Assembly (NCBI GenBank): GCA_038058635.1
Contig: JBBUAP010000001.1
Span: forward strand, 295,877 to 359,876
Direction of reading: 5' to 3'
Source: Patescibacteria group bacterium
Lineage (GTDB): Bacteria > Patescibacteriota > UBA1384 > 2-12-FULL-50-11
Length of the DNA stretch: 64,000 nucleotides
A program made the translations under genes and the position numbers. Below, one piece after another: positions 46,520 to 55,681 of this stretch; position 1 is the stretch's first letter, and the number at the start of each line of letters is the position of its first letter. The notes under the pieces were generated by a model that saw only the letters and a list, made by a program, of their open reading frames with translations, made no database searches and was not told the origin of the DNA.

Positions 46520-47239
46520 CTAGTAGCCGTCAAAATCTTCGGATTTTATCTGGCCCTCGGGCACGCCGAGCTTTTTGGCCAAGGCGATCATCGCCGATAC
46601 TAAATCTGGTGGTCCAGCGGTGTAGAAAACACTTTCAGCCGGATTCTTGACGAATTTCTTAACAATGTCTACATCGATCCGACCGGTTTCACCGATCCAA
46701 TCTTTTGGCGAGGTATCAGTGTATGACGGGATATAGTGAAGGTTAGGGTTGACTCTGGCAGACTCTTTCAATTCAACTTGGTAGGCGGCAGTTTTTGGCG
46801 AGGCGTTGGCATAGAACAGATATATTTCGCGTTTCTCACTAGTCTCCTTGAGCTCGTCGATCATACTCATGAATGGAGTGATTCCGATGCCGCCAACAAG
46901 GAAAACAGCCGGCTTGGTTGCATCTTGACGTAGGGTCATCCGGCCCATCGGCTCTTTGAGCTTAATTGTGGTGCCGAGCGGCATTTCTTTCAGCCAATTC
47001 TTAAAAGCCGTATTGCGCATTCGAGTGGCGATGACGACTTTCTTTTCACCGGGGGCGTTGACGAAAGAAAATGTCCGAATATTACCCTCGGAATCGGTAT
47101 AAGGCGGGTCGATCAAGGTGAAATCGGTATGTTGACCGGCCTTGAACTGGTAGACACTTTCGCCAGTATCAAAGGTAAACTCCATTGTCTCTTCGGCAAT
47201 TTCCCGACGATTCGTTAAGGTCATTAAATAATCCATCAA
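46520..47239 (-). CDS. FNR-like FAD/NAD(P)-binding oxidoreductase
   Basis: FAD-binding beta-barrel plus a GGIGITPF NAD(P)-binding motif. Confidence 0.6.
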   Translation of the reverse strand: MMDYLMTLTNRREIAEETMEFTFDTGESVYQFKAGQHTDFTLIDPPYTDSEGNIRTFSFVNAPGEKKVVIATRMRNTAFKNWLKEMPLGTTIKLKEPMGRMTLRQDATKPAVFLVGGIGITPFMSMIDELKETSEKREIYLFYANASPKTAAYQVELKESARVNPNLHYIPSYTDTSPKDWIGETGRIDVDIVKKFVKNPAESVFYTAGPPDLVSAMIALAKKLGVPEGQIKSEDFDGY

Positions 47240-47282
47240 CCCATCGTTAACCGATTTGGCGTCAACTGCAAGTTCTTATTGC

Positions 47283-47531
47283 GGGCTTGGCGGGAGCGTA
47301 TTCGCACCCTGTTAGCAGGTTTGTCCGAAGACGACCGGCGTTTCGTGGACGCAACTCCCTTTGACAGCAACCCAGACTCTTCGAAGAATGGAGGAGTAGC
47401 ATGAACAAGGCGAACCATTCCGACTTGACCGCATTCTATCAACACATCTCCGAGATGGGCAGACTGGAGATTGCCAAGCGACGAGCCCAGGGCGAAACGA
47501 TTGGTCAGGCACCACTGGGGTTCCGTAAAGT
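47283..47531 (+). repeat. direct repeat copy 1, about 250 bp, roughly 85% identical to 48439-48683
   Basis: Long near-identical stretch (GGGCTTGGCGGGAGCG...CACCACTGGGGTT) that spans the start of a recombinase-fragment ORF. Confidence 0.8.
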
Positions 47532-47790
47532 CCAAGTGAGCGGCAAATCTACTATCGCGCCAGATCCAGAAACCTTCCCGCTGTTGGTGCTGGCACTGCA
47601 GATGCGCCAAGACGGTAGCACGCTCAGGGAGGTTTGTGCGTTCACGGCAAAAAAGGGCTTGCGGTCTAAACGCGGCAAGGTCATCGGGCTGTCGAGCATG
47701 CTGAAGATACTAAGTCGAGTTACTTGCGAAACTCCAAAATCAAGCGTGGTCGGCCAGCCCAATCTCTGCAGAATACTCTCCAGTTCTTGA
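47401..47790 (+). pseudogene. serine-recombinase fragment (alpha-E helix plus start of the recombinase domain only)
   Basis: ISEMGRLEIAKRRAQGETIGQAPLGFRK and the downstream DPETF...LREVCAF segment resemble the linker and recombinase-domain region of large serine recombinases. The catalytic domain and zinc-ribbon domain are absent. Confidence 0.45.
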
Positions 47791-48388
47791 TACCGGCCAC
47801 TTTGCAGAGCCGTTCATAGCTCTTCTCGTCATGCAAGAAGTGTGGGTTTGATTGGCCCTCCACAACGTCGTTTGAGATCCGGCCTTCCGGCCCGGATCGA
47901 GTCCCGCTGGTAATTTCGGCCTCACTTGCCGGTTGATAGGTCATACTCTCTACCAAGGCAAACCCGTTAGGCCGGATTACCCGAAACATTTCTCTCAGAG
48001 CTTGCCGCTGCTCGGTTCCTCCAAGCAACTCGCTGAAAGCCGACCACAGACATATTGCTGCGTCGAAAGAGTTCTCGCTGTATGGCAGTTGAGTCATCGA
48101 ACCCAAATCGAAAATGCTCGAGAGCTTTTCCTTGCGTACAGTTATCCTGGCCCGCTCGATTAGCTTCTTCGAGAGATCTATCCCAGTTACGTGATATCCG
48201 TCTTTAGCAAGGAGAATTGCAATCCGACCATAGCCGCAGCCTACGTCCAGCACGTCAGCATGGGGTGTCAGCATGGCTTTGATAATATTCGCCGTTGCCT
48301 TATCCCAGTCTGGACGACTCCGGGAAGCAAGTATGTCCGGTCCGATCGTGTTGTAGAAGTCTCTGTTGATCTGTTCGGAGTCCGCCAT
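47720..48388 (-). CDS. class I SAM-dependent methyltransferase (small-molecule type)
   Basis: Motif I VLDVGCGYGR. No DPPY/NPPW motif, so not a DNA methyltransferase. Confidence 0.7.
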   Translation of the reverse strand: MADSEQINRDFYNTIGPDILASRSRPDWDKATANIIKAMLTPHADVLDVGCGYGRIAILLAKDGYHVTGIDLSKKLIERARITVRKEKLSSIFDLGSMTQLPYSENSFDAAICLWSAFSELLGGTEQRQALREMFRVIRPNGFALVESMTYQPASEAEITSGTRSGPEGRISNDVVEGQSNPHFLHDEKSYERLCKVAGIKNWRVFCRDWAGRPRLILEFRK

Positions 48389-48438
48389 GGCAACAATCTA
48401 CCATAAAGGAAGTTCTTTATATATGTGTTCACTTTGGT

Positions 48439-48683
48439 GGGCTTGGCGGGAGCGCATTCGCACCCTGTTAGCAGGTTTGTCCGAAGACGACCGGCGTTTC
48501 GCGGATGCAACTCCTTTTGACAGCATCCCAGACTCTTCGAAGAATGGAGGAGTAGCATGAGCAAGCAGAGCGATCTTACTGCCTTCTACCAAACCATCTC
48601 CGAGATGGGCAGGCTGGAGATTGCCAGGAGGCGAGCCGAAGGGGAGACAATTGGTCCGGCACCACTGGGGTTTCGAAAGGTCG
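48439..48683 (+). repeat. direct repeat copy 2
   Basis: Pairs with 47283-47531. Confidence 0.8.
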
Positions 48684-48754
48684 TGGTGGTCGGCGCCCGA
48701 CACGTGGCCCAAGATTCCCCAACCGGTTGCTCCCCCGTTGCTCCCCACGGGTAA
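48557..48754 (+). pseudogene. second, shorter serine-recombinase fragment
   Basis: MSKQSDLTAFYQTISEMGRLEIARRRAEGETIGPAPLGFRKV is homologous to the N-terminus of the 47401 ORF, then it diverges and stops. Confidence 0.4.
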
Positions 48755-48804
48755 ATCGCAAAGCCCAATGAGACACTCCAAAAGCCGATTTTGAACCTAA
48801 AACC

Positions 48805-49092
48805 TGGAGCCGATGAGCGGATTTGAACCGCTGACCTGCTGTTTACAAACCACCGGCAAGCATGCCCGGCGGGGTAGGTCCTGGTTCCTCAGAGGTCCTT
48901 CGAGACCCCCAGATCATTGTTGGGAGTATTGCATCCAATATGTCAGGCGACACCGACAAACGAAACCGGACTGGCAGACGCCTCGGTCGTGAAGTCCAAG
49001 AATCTCAGAATCCAGTCGCCCCGATGAAAGACGGGGAGACACGGGCTGGGCCCCAAGCCCGAAGGGTCGATAATGGGAAACCTCGCATCGGC
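48805..49092 (-). ncRNA. candidate structured RNA with a tRNA-like 3' end (tmRNA-like, or a remnant of a tRNA/tmRNA integration target)
   Basis: Minus strand: canonical T-arm AGCGG-TTCAAAT-CCGCT, acceptor 3' strand CATCGGC, then T-CCA. The exact complement GCCGATG sits 281 nt upstream and is followed by a TCGAC motif. The roughly 390-nt region is GC-rich with no convincing ORF. Confidence 0.25.
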
Positions 49093-49189
49093 GAGGGCAG
49101 ACATCGGAAAGAACCAGGCCTCGAAGGGAGGACATCAATCCCACACGTAACGTTCGTCGAACACGACTCTAGCCTCCCGAGGGAGCGCT

Positions 49190-50413
49190 CTAGTCAGCCG
49201 GTCTAGCGCCCGTGAGCCCAAAGAGGATCGCACCCGGCCTGTCAGCCGCATCCAACCGCCGCGCAATCTCCAAAGCACCCCAAATGGCATAGGCGGACTC
49301 GGGAGCAGGGGCAATATGCTCACATTCTTCAAAGAGTGCGGCCGCACTCTTCGCTTCCCTGAGCGAGCACGTTAGGCTTGTTAGCCTACCCCTTGACGCG
49401 AGCTCAACGAGCAGAGGAGTCGTGACAGGATACGAGAGACCGGGCGCCCAAGTTTCTTCAGAACTCTTGATGCCCTTGGCATCCGGAAGGCAGGTTGTTA
49501 AACTCCGATATAGCGGACCTTGAGACCCAAACGTACGAACGGGTTTTATGTCGCGGTGTCCAAGTTTATGAGCGTGGTCCGGCTCCACCGCCACAAACTC
49601 GGGGGCCGCAACGTCTCCGCCAACGGGATGATCCAACAAGAAGGGCAGCACCATGCCTCCAAAATTGGTGCCGCCACCACAGCAGCCTACAATCGCATCG
49701 GGAACAACAGACATGCTTGCAAGCTGCTCCTTGGACTCCTGCCCGATTACACTATTAAAACCAACAACAGAATTCAGGAAACAGCCAACTGCGAATCTCG
49801 CCCTCCGCTCCACTAACAGATCCAGGCTTGGTCGGACTTCTGATGCCTCTATGACTCCACCCCATCTATGCACCTGCTCCAGCAACTGCTTGCGACTTGC
49901 CAACAGTGCTTGGGGGGCCATGATCGTGGCCCTGATGCCAAATTGGGCGCAAGCCCATGCTACCGCCACACCCCAATAACCGGAGAGTGTAAAGGCTATC
50001 AACTCCTGAATACCCTCTTGCTTCGCAAACCAGGCTTGCGCTAAGGCCGCGTTGGCCTTGTAGCTGTGCACGGGCGATGCGGTTTCGTCCTTGAACAGGA
50101 TCGTGCTTCGAATGCCAAGAGACCGGCACAGTGTCTTCGCTTCACGTAATGGCGTCGGCCGCCAATCAGCGAGCATTCTGTGCAGGTCGCCGGGAATCTG
50201 TCTTCGCTCCGACCCAACCTCAAGCTGCCAAGCTCCATCCACCAGGATCTTCGCGTGTTGCCCTGGGTCATATCGCTCCGTACACTCCCCGTCTATCCAA
50301 GGTCCCAACTTTAGAACTCCTGGCCACTCTCCAGGAACGCGCCAGCATATCGGAACCCCGATCGTCCGCGCTCGAGTGTCTAAGGGCGATCCACTGTTCA
50401 TTTTCACAAGCAT
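49190..50413 (-). CDS. TrpB2-type PLP-dependent tryptophan-synthase-beta-like enzyme
   Basis: PLP-lysine context LFKDETASPVHSYKANAA, a glycine-rich GCCGGGTNFGG loop and an N-terminal extension as in TrpB2. Confidence 0.65.
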   Translation of the reverse strand: MLVKMNSGSPLDTRARTIGVPICWRVPGEWPGVLKLGPWIDGECTERYDPGQHAKILVDGAWQLEVGSERRQIPGDLHRMLADWRPTPLREAKTLCRSLGIRSTILFKDETASPVHSYKANAALAQAWFAKQEGIQELIAFTLSGYWGVAVAWACAQFGIRATIMAPQALLASRKQLLEQVHRWGGVIEASEVRPSLDLLVERRARFAVGCFLNSVVGFNSVIGQESKEQLASMSVVPDAIVGCCGGGTNFGGMVLPFLLDHPVGGDVAAPEFVAVEPDHAHKLGHRDIKPVRTFGSQGPLYRSLTTCLPDAKGIKSSEETWAPGLSYPVTTPLLVELASRGRLTSLTCSLREAKSAAALFEECEHIAPAPESAYAIWGALEIARRLDAADRPGAILFGLTGARPAD

Positions 50414-50415
50414 AT

Positions 50416-51279
50416 CTACAAAAACTCTATTTGACCAGCATCACAAGATACTAAAGCAGGATGCCTCTTGGGAAGCGAAGTGAACCATTCTTCTAGTAAC
50501 CGCTCGAAATCCACCTTTTGCATCTTCGGTCCCCACAAACCGGCACCCCCGGAACTTAGCTCGTAGGCTCTTTTGTAAGTTTCCGCGGTAAGACGATCGA
50601 CTACGCTTTGAAGAGTTCCGGCTGCCCCACAATACGACTTCAATAAGGCAATCAAGACAACCTCAGCTTCGTTACGTCCCTCGCGCCATTTATCGAACAC
50701 GCCGACATAAAACGCAGCCCCTGCAGGATCAGGATCCCAATATTGCCATCCGACAGTCTCTTCTCTGGATCCAGAAGGCGGAGCACCAGCAATGAGCACT
50801 CTATCATCGCTGACTGAAAACCGAATAGGAAGATCCTGAATCGCCCAAAAGCGTATTTTTCCCGGGTTAGGTGCGTTTCGTACGTACATGAAATGCAAAC
50901 GCCAAAGGAGGTGCGGAAACATAGCGTCCAACGCAACCGGCCCGCAAAAGTCTGATTCCACACCATTGCGCAGGATTGCTGACATCGCTTCCTCCATCTC
51001 GCTTGAAACCCACCAAACCCGCGCTACCGATACTACGCGTTTCCTAGCGGAGACATATAACTCCATAGCTTGACGCAAGTAGAATCGCAGGCCCTGGAAC
51101 TGCTGAAACTCGGCGAGGAACTGCTTGTACTCTTTCCTGGCGACGCTCAAATCGTCCTTGACAAGTCTAATCTCCCTTAACACGGCGAGCATATCCACTC
51201 TTGCTCTCAAATACAACCACACCGTGAGCAGGAGGGATAGGATCGAGGAAAGTGACGCGATAATTACAAAGACTTCCAT
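50416..51279 (-). CDS. hypothetical protein with an N-terminal TM helix (GC-rich island cargo)
   Basis: The start is taken at MEVFVIIASL. The longer 51426 start would overlap the upstream permease gene. Confidence 0.4.
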   Translation of the reverse strand: MEVFVIIASLSSILSLLLTVWLYLRARVDMLAVLREIRLVKDDLSVARKEYKQFLAEFQQFQGLRFYLRQAMELYVSARKRVVSVARVWWVSSEMEEAMSAILRNGVESDFCGPVALDAMFPHLLWRLHFMYVRNAPNPGKIRFWAIQDLPIRFSVSDDRVLIAGAPPSGSREETVGWQYWDPDPAGAAFYVGVFDKWREGRNEAEVVLIALLKSYCGAAGTLQSVVDRLTAETYKRAYELSSGGAGLWGPKMQKVDFERLLEEWFTSLPKRHPALVSCDAGQIEFL

Positions 51280-51352
51280 AGCGTCCTCTTGCGAACAATA
51301 ATTGACATATCGACCCCTGAAATGGACATGATGGCGCTTGACCTGAACATCA

Positions 51353-52114
51353 TTACATGCCCTGCCAGTGAATGAAACGACGCTCGAGGAATGTGATAAT
51401 CCGGTTGAGCAGGAGCCCGATAACACCTATAACAACAATAGCTACCCACATATCGGGAACTCGATATGCGAAGCGCGAATCCTGGATGCGTTGGCCGAGA
51501 CCGCCGACTCCTCCGCCGAGCATCTCAGTAACGACAATCAGGACTAGTGAATTTGAAAGGGAAAGGCGTGCTGCGGAGAGCAGGGGCGACGACATCTCCC
51601 AGGCAATGACCTTGGTAAATACGATCCAGGGACCAGCGCCGAGTGTCTTAAGATAAGCCTCTCGCTGAGGTCGGCAAGCGCGCACCCCGTAGATAATATT
51701 GATGACGAAAATCATGGCACAGCCGAAGGCCGCTGCCGCGACCTGGGAACCACTCCCTATTCCTAGCCATAAGACAAAAGCTGGAAAAAGCGCTGAGACG
51801 GGTATGGAACGAGCAAAGTCGACCGGCAACTCAAATGCGTCAGACAGCCAGTTAATGCGACCCAATAGTAGGCCCAGGGGGACACCGATGCCAAATCCTA
51901 GGGCGAAGGCGAGCGCTGCCTTACCCAGAGTGCTTCCAGTATCCTCCCAAAAAGTCGAGGATCGCAAGTTTTCAATAAGCGCTTCCATCCATTCTACTGG
52001 AGCGGCAAGCACGTACGTTGCGTTAGGAAAGAGAATAGGAAGCAAGAGCCACAAGAAAAAGAGAATCAAAAGCCCGGCAATCCGAAGAGGCAAAGCCCGC
52101 AATCCAGTCCGCAA
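51353..52114 (-). CDS. ABC transporter permease (SsuC/TauC-type, binding-protein-dependent)
   Basis: EAA-loop region and 6 TM helices with SsuC-like layout. Confidence 0.7.
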   Translation of the reverse strand: MRTGLRALPLRIAGLLILFFLWLLLPILFPNATYVLAAPVEWMEALIENLRSSTFWEDTGSTLGKAALAFALGFGIGVPLGLLLGRINWLSDAFELPVDFARSIPVSALFPAFVLWLGIGSGSQVAAAAFGCAMIFVINIIYGVRACRPQREAYLKTLGAGPWIVFTKVIAWEMSSPLLSAARLSLSNSLVLIVVTEMLGGGVGGLGQRIQDSRFAYRVPDMWVAIVVIGVIGLLLNRIITFLERRFIHWQGM

Positions 52115-52508
52115 CTTTGCTGAGAGGGAGATCTACTTCTGAGGAGCTAAGAAGGTCCCGGACTTGACTCTCAGCCTCGGAGACTGGCACATGGCGGAGT
52201 TCCAGCGGAAGCCTCAAGTTGCCTAAATTCGAACGCCAAGGAAGGAGAGTTTGCCTATAATCCTGAAATAGATAGCCTACGCTGTCGCCGCTCAACGGGC
52301 TCCCAGCAAGCAAGACTTCTCCACTCTTCGGCTTGATGAGCCCCGCTACAGTGTTCAGGATCGTTGTCTTGCCTGACCCGTTCATTCCAAGCAGTACGCC
52401 AACGGACGACGCGGGCACGTTGAAGTTAATGTCGGCAACAACACTGCTACCGTTGCTGTAAGAAACCTCGAGGTTTGAAACCGTCAGGCTATCCAGAAGG
52501 GAGCTCAT
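52023..52508 (-). pseudogene. truncated ABC ATPase (SsuB/TauB-like)
   Basis: Walker A GMNGSGKTT and Q-loop YLFQD are present. The frame ends before the LSGGQ signature and Walker B, and it overlaps the permease gene by about 90 nt. Confidence 0.5.
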
Positions 52509-52605
52509 GGGGATTTACCCAGAACTAGCTGCTGAACGTCAATCGTACCTTTTAGCTCTCCGTTTAGACGGAGCAACTCTGCAAACTTGTTCACCAGAGT
52601 CGTGT

Positions 52606-52780
52606 CTATTCGTGCACCAATCCGGTAAGCTGCATGTCAGAACGAAGTTCGATTAGCTCCGCGTCCTTTGGAAGCTGAAGCTCTGGGCGAAGACCCAAGC
52701 GTGCGTATAGCCGCATTGTTGAGCCTGGAAATGTCCCGATTCGCTTTCCTTTGAGTTGTGCAACTCGTTGGATGTCGCCA
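52606..52780 (-). pseudogene. possible remnant of an SsuA-like substrate-binding protein
   Basis: Only the C-terminal roughly 55 aa of the 52606-53133 ORF (KGKRIGTFPGSTMRLYARLGLRPELQL) look binding-protein-like. The rest is antisense to the recombinase gene. Confidence 0.2.
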
Positions 52781-54445
52781 AGTCCACGATCAGCCATCTC
52801 ATCCGCGGGCTGGGCAATCCCATGTATATCACGGCTCGCCGCGTCGTCAAGTGTCTGGAGCATCACCTTGGTCGCAGACTCCACCCCGACGAGGTGTTCT
52901 CGCCCGATGGGATGTATCCCACGTCGTCGGTCTGCAGTCTCTGTGGCTGCCACGGCTGCCTGCCGGATTGCATTTTTAACGACGACGGCTCTTGACGTAG
53001 TCGCTGAACTGACCGAAGCGCACTCCGCCAAAGCGCCCGGGACACGTCCGGTCTTTGCTGACCTACTCGCCCGGATCGAGCGAGGCGAAGCCGAAGGGAT
53101 CGTCTGCTGGAGTATCAACCGACTGGCCCGCAATCCCGTCGATTCTGGTCAGTTGAGCTGGCTCTTGCAGCGAGGGGTGCTCAAGTCCATCCGAACCATC
53201 GATCGAGAATATCTGCCGGAAGACAATGTCCTGCTGATGGCGGTCGAATCAGGCGTTGCCAACCAATACATCCTCGATCTGCGCAAAGCCGTCATCCGCG
53301 GCATGGAAGGCAAAGCCGCCCGAGGCTGGATTCCCAATCGACCTCCCCAAGGGTACGGCGTCAATCCGCTGACCAAGGAGATCGATCCCATAGAGCCGCA
53401 GTTCCAACTTCTTCGACAGGCCTGGGACTTGCTTCTAACGGGCGCCTACACGGTGCCCCAGATACGATCAAGGCTACGAACCTGGGGCTACACCTATGGG
53501 AAGCCCGGCGCACCGGCTAAACCCCTGTTCACCGAATCCCACCTCTACCGAATCTTTGACAACCGCTTCTATTGTGGCACCTTCACCTTTCGCGGCCAGA
53601 CCTACCAAGGCCGGCACCGGCTGATGGTCAGCCCAGAGGAATTTGATCGGGCCCAGCGGATCTTGCACAAAGACAACCGCATCCAGCCCCAGAAGCGTGA
53701 ATTCCCTTTCACCGGCCTCATCCGTTGCGGGCGCTGCGGTTGCCTGGTGACCGCCGAACGCAAGATCAAACACTACAAAACGACCGCCCGAACCGCGGCC
53801 TATGAGTACTACCACTGCACCCACCGCAAGGGTGACTGCAAAGAGGTCAGCGTCACCGGCCCATACATCAACTCCACAATCGCCGGAAAGTTGGAGAGCG
53901 TCCTGATCGACCCGGAATTCGGCCAATGGCTTCTGAAGGCATTTGAGCGCGATTGGGACGAACAGCCTTCCGTTGACCCCAATTTGATCAAACAGCACCA
54001 AGAACACGTTCGTGCAACCGAACAGAAACTCGAACGATTGATCCAGCTTCGGCTGGCCCGGGAACTGGACGCCGAGGAGTTCAGCCGTATCAAAACCCAA
54101 ATTCAGGAAGAGCTGGCCGATGGCCGAAGACAGCTTGAGAGTTTGTCGAAGCGAGCCTCAACCGGGCGACGGGCTCTCATCAATGCCGTTCAGTTCAGCC
54201 TCAATGCTCCAAGGCATTTTGCCGCAAACGACATTCATCTGCAGAGATACGTCGCAACCAGGTTCGGCATTCGCTACGTTCTCACTCTGGGAAAGCTGGA
54301 AATCACACCGCATCCGCTGCTACCGAAATTGGCCGCGCTAGAACCTCCAAAATCGCCGCGCAATATGGTTGGAGCCGGGGCTTTGCGCCCCAACGCTCCC
54401 ATTGAGTGGTCCCAGCGGGAGTCGAACCCGCGATCTTCGCCATGA
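52751..54445 (+). CDS. large serine recombinase (resolvase/invertase-related integrase) with an atypical N-terminus
   Basis: Resolvase-domain C-terminal half (GIVCWSINRLARN), recombinase domain (RPPQGYG...) and zinc-ribbon cysteines (CGRCGC...HYHC). Its 3' end overlaps tRNA-Glu. A canonical Y-x-R-V-S catalytic motif was not found. Confidence 0.65.
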   Translation: MSCATRWMSPSPRSAISSAGWAIPCISRLAASSSVWSITLVADSTPTRCSRPMGCIPRRRSAVSVAATAACRIAFLTTTALDVVAELTEAHSAKAPGTRPVFADLLARIERGEAEGIVCWSINRLARNPVDSGQLSWLLQRGVLKSIRTIDREYLPEDNVLLMAVESGVANQYILDLRKAVIRGMEGKAARGWIPNRPPQGYGVNPLTKEIDPIEPQFQLLRQAWDLLLTGAYTVPQIRSRLRTWGYTYGKPGAPAKPLFTESHLYRIFDNRFYCGTFTFRGQTYQGRHRLMVSPEEFDRAQRILHKDNRIQPQKREFPFTGLIRCGRCGCLVTAERKIKHYKTTARTAAYEYYHCTHRKGDCKEVSVTGPYINSTIAGKLESVLIDPEFGQWLLKAFERDWDEQPSVDPNLIKQHQEHVRATEQKLERLIQLRLARELDAEEFSRIKTQIQEELADGRRQLESLSKRASTGRRALINAVQFSLNAPRHFAANDIHLQRYVATRFGIRYVLTLGKLEITPHPLLPKLAALEPPKSPRNMVGAGALRPNAPIEWSQRESNPRSSP

Positions 54446-54480
54446 AAAGGCGACGTCCTAGGCCACTAGACGATGGGACC
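54407..54480 (-). tRNA. tRNA-Glu (anticodon UUC)
   Basis: Minus strand: acceptor GGTCCCA/TGGGACC, anticodon stem TCGCC/GGCGA with loop TTTTCAT, T-arm GCGGG-TTCGACT-CCCGC. Discriminator A. Confidence 0.8.
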
Positions 54481-54684
54481 ATATTTTTGCCCTAATACTT
54501 AACTAACTTACAGGTTTTTGCCACGGTTGGCCTGCGGCCAAGTCCTAGGCCATTGTCGCCCCTCGTGAACTCGGGGCTCGCTTGTCGCTCTGCAGCTCCA
54601 AGTAGACGATGGGACCAATACGCCTATTTTACGAATTCTAATGAGTAAATCGAATTCGTACTCGAGTTCATTTTACCTTTAAAA

Positions 54685-55587
54685 ATGCCGAGAAACAACG
54701 ATTCGGGGTATGATAAGAGCATGAAAGGCGTGTTTCTATATCTAGTGGCTGGGTTGATGTTGGTTGGGGGCGGTTTGGTTTGGGTGGCATTATTTCATGG
54801 AATCCAGTCCTCTTCCGCCACGCCTCTTTTTGAACCTAAGAAAAACGAGGCGGTCTCAGAGCCATATTTACAGAACGACTCAACCGTTCCCTCGACCCCG
54901 TCGTCTGTCTATGTACCAATTTTGATGTATCACTACATTCGCGACTACCAAGATCGAACCGATGATCCGCTAGGAATTCAGCTCTCCGTTTCGCCTAAAA
55001 CATTTGACAAACAACTATCGAATTTGAAAGCAGCTGGCTATGAGACGATATCGCTTGAGGATTTTGCTGGCGGTAAATACAAACCCAAGTCAGTTGTTCT
55101 CACTTTTGACGATGGCTATGACGACCATTACACGAATGCTCTGCCAATCTTGGAAAAATATCAGGCCACCGCGACATTTTTTATCGTTTCGGGCTTTCTT
55201 GGACGAACTGGGTATATGACGACGCCTCAGGTTCAGCAATTAAGACTAGCGGGTATGGAAATTGGTGGCCATACGGTTACCCATCTGAATTTGGCTAACG
55301 CCCAGTACGAGAAGGCAATTGACGAGATTAGTAATAGCCTGATATCTCGCGATCCGGTTTTTGCCTACCCATCAGGGAAGTATAACCCCGTTACGCTTGA
55401 TATCGTTTCCGGTCTTGGCATCAAAGCAGCCGTCACCACTAATTTGGGGGTAGCAACCGAAAAAAGCAGCTTGTATGAATTGCCACGCATTCGGGTTAAG
55501 GAACATACCGATCTCTTGAAGCGGATTAATGAGGAAATAGCCATTGCGAAGCGTCAGCTCGCACCTTCCCAACGGAGCAAAGATTAG
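54685..55587 (+). CDS. polysaccharide deacetylase (NodB-homology domain), membrane-anchored
   Basis: NodB motifs LTFDDGYDDHYT and GGHTVTHLNL. N-terminal TM helix. Confidence 0.75.
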   Translation: MPRNNDSGYDKSMKGVFLYLVAGLMLVGGGLVWVALFHGIQSSSATPLFEPKKNEAVSEPYLQNDSTVPSTPSSVYVPILMYHYIRDYQDRTDDPLGIQLSVSPKTFDKQLSNLKAAGYETISLEDFAGGKYKPKSVVLTFDDGYDDHYTNALPILEKYQATATFFIVSGFLGRTGYMTTPQVQQLRLAGMEIGGHTVTHLNLANAQYEKAIDEISNSLISRDPVFAYPSGKYNPVTLDIVSGLGIKAAVTTNLGVATEKSSLYELPRIRVKEHTDLLKRINEEIAIAKRQLAPSQRSKD

Positions 55588-55607
55588 TTAAAATGACAGG
55601 TGTAGTC

Positions 55608-55679
55608 GGGCGGTTAGCTCAGGGGTAGAGCATCTCATTGACGTTGAGAGGGTCGAAGGTTCAAATCCTTCACCGCCCA
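55608..55679 (+). tRNA. tRNA-Val (anticodon GAC)
   Basis: Acceptor GGGCGGT/ACCGCCC, D-arm GCTC/GAGC, anticodon stem TCTCA/TGAGA with loop TTGACGT, T-arm GAAGG-TTCAAAT-CCTTC. Discriminator A. Confidence 0.85.
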
Positions 55680-55681
55680 CA

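Noticed and set aside
47720-48388. The methyltransferase as a restriction-modification DNA methyltransferase
   Set aside because: It has class I SAM motif I but no DPPY/NPPY/NPPW catalytic motif and no adjacent endonuclease. It is more likely a small-molecule methyltransferase.
48790-49190. RNase P RNA hypothesis for the GC-rich non-coding block
   Set aside because: Sequences resembling the P4 strands (GGAAAGAACCAGGC and GAAACCGGACTGG) occur in the wrong order and orientation for either strand.
48860-49210. Stack of overlapping 60-115-aa ORFs on both strands (for example 48862-49206 +, 48914-49144 -)
   Set aside because: All frames are open because the region is GC-rich. The translations are low-complexity and Arg/Gly/Pro-rich. 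The region is better explained as a structured RNA or non-coding remnant.
52606-53133. 175-aa minus-strand ORF
   Set aside because: Most of it is antisense to the serine recombinase gene. Only the C-terminal roughly 55 aa resemble a binding-protein fragment, so only that part is kept as a low-confidence remnant.
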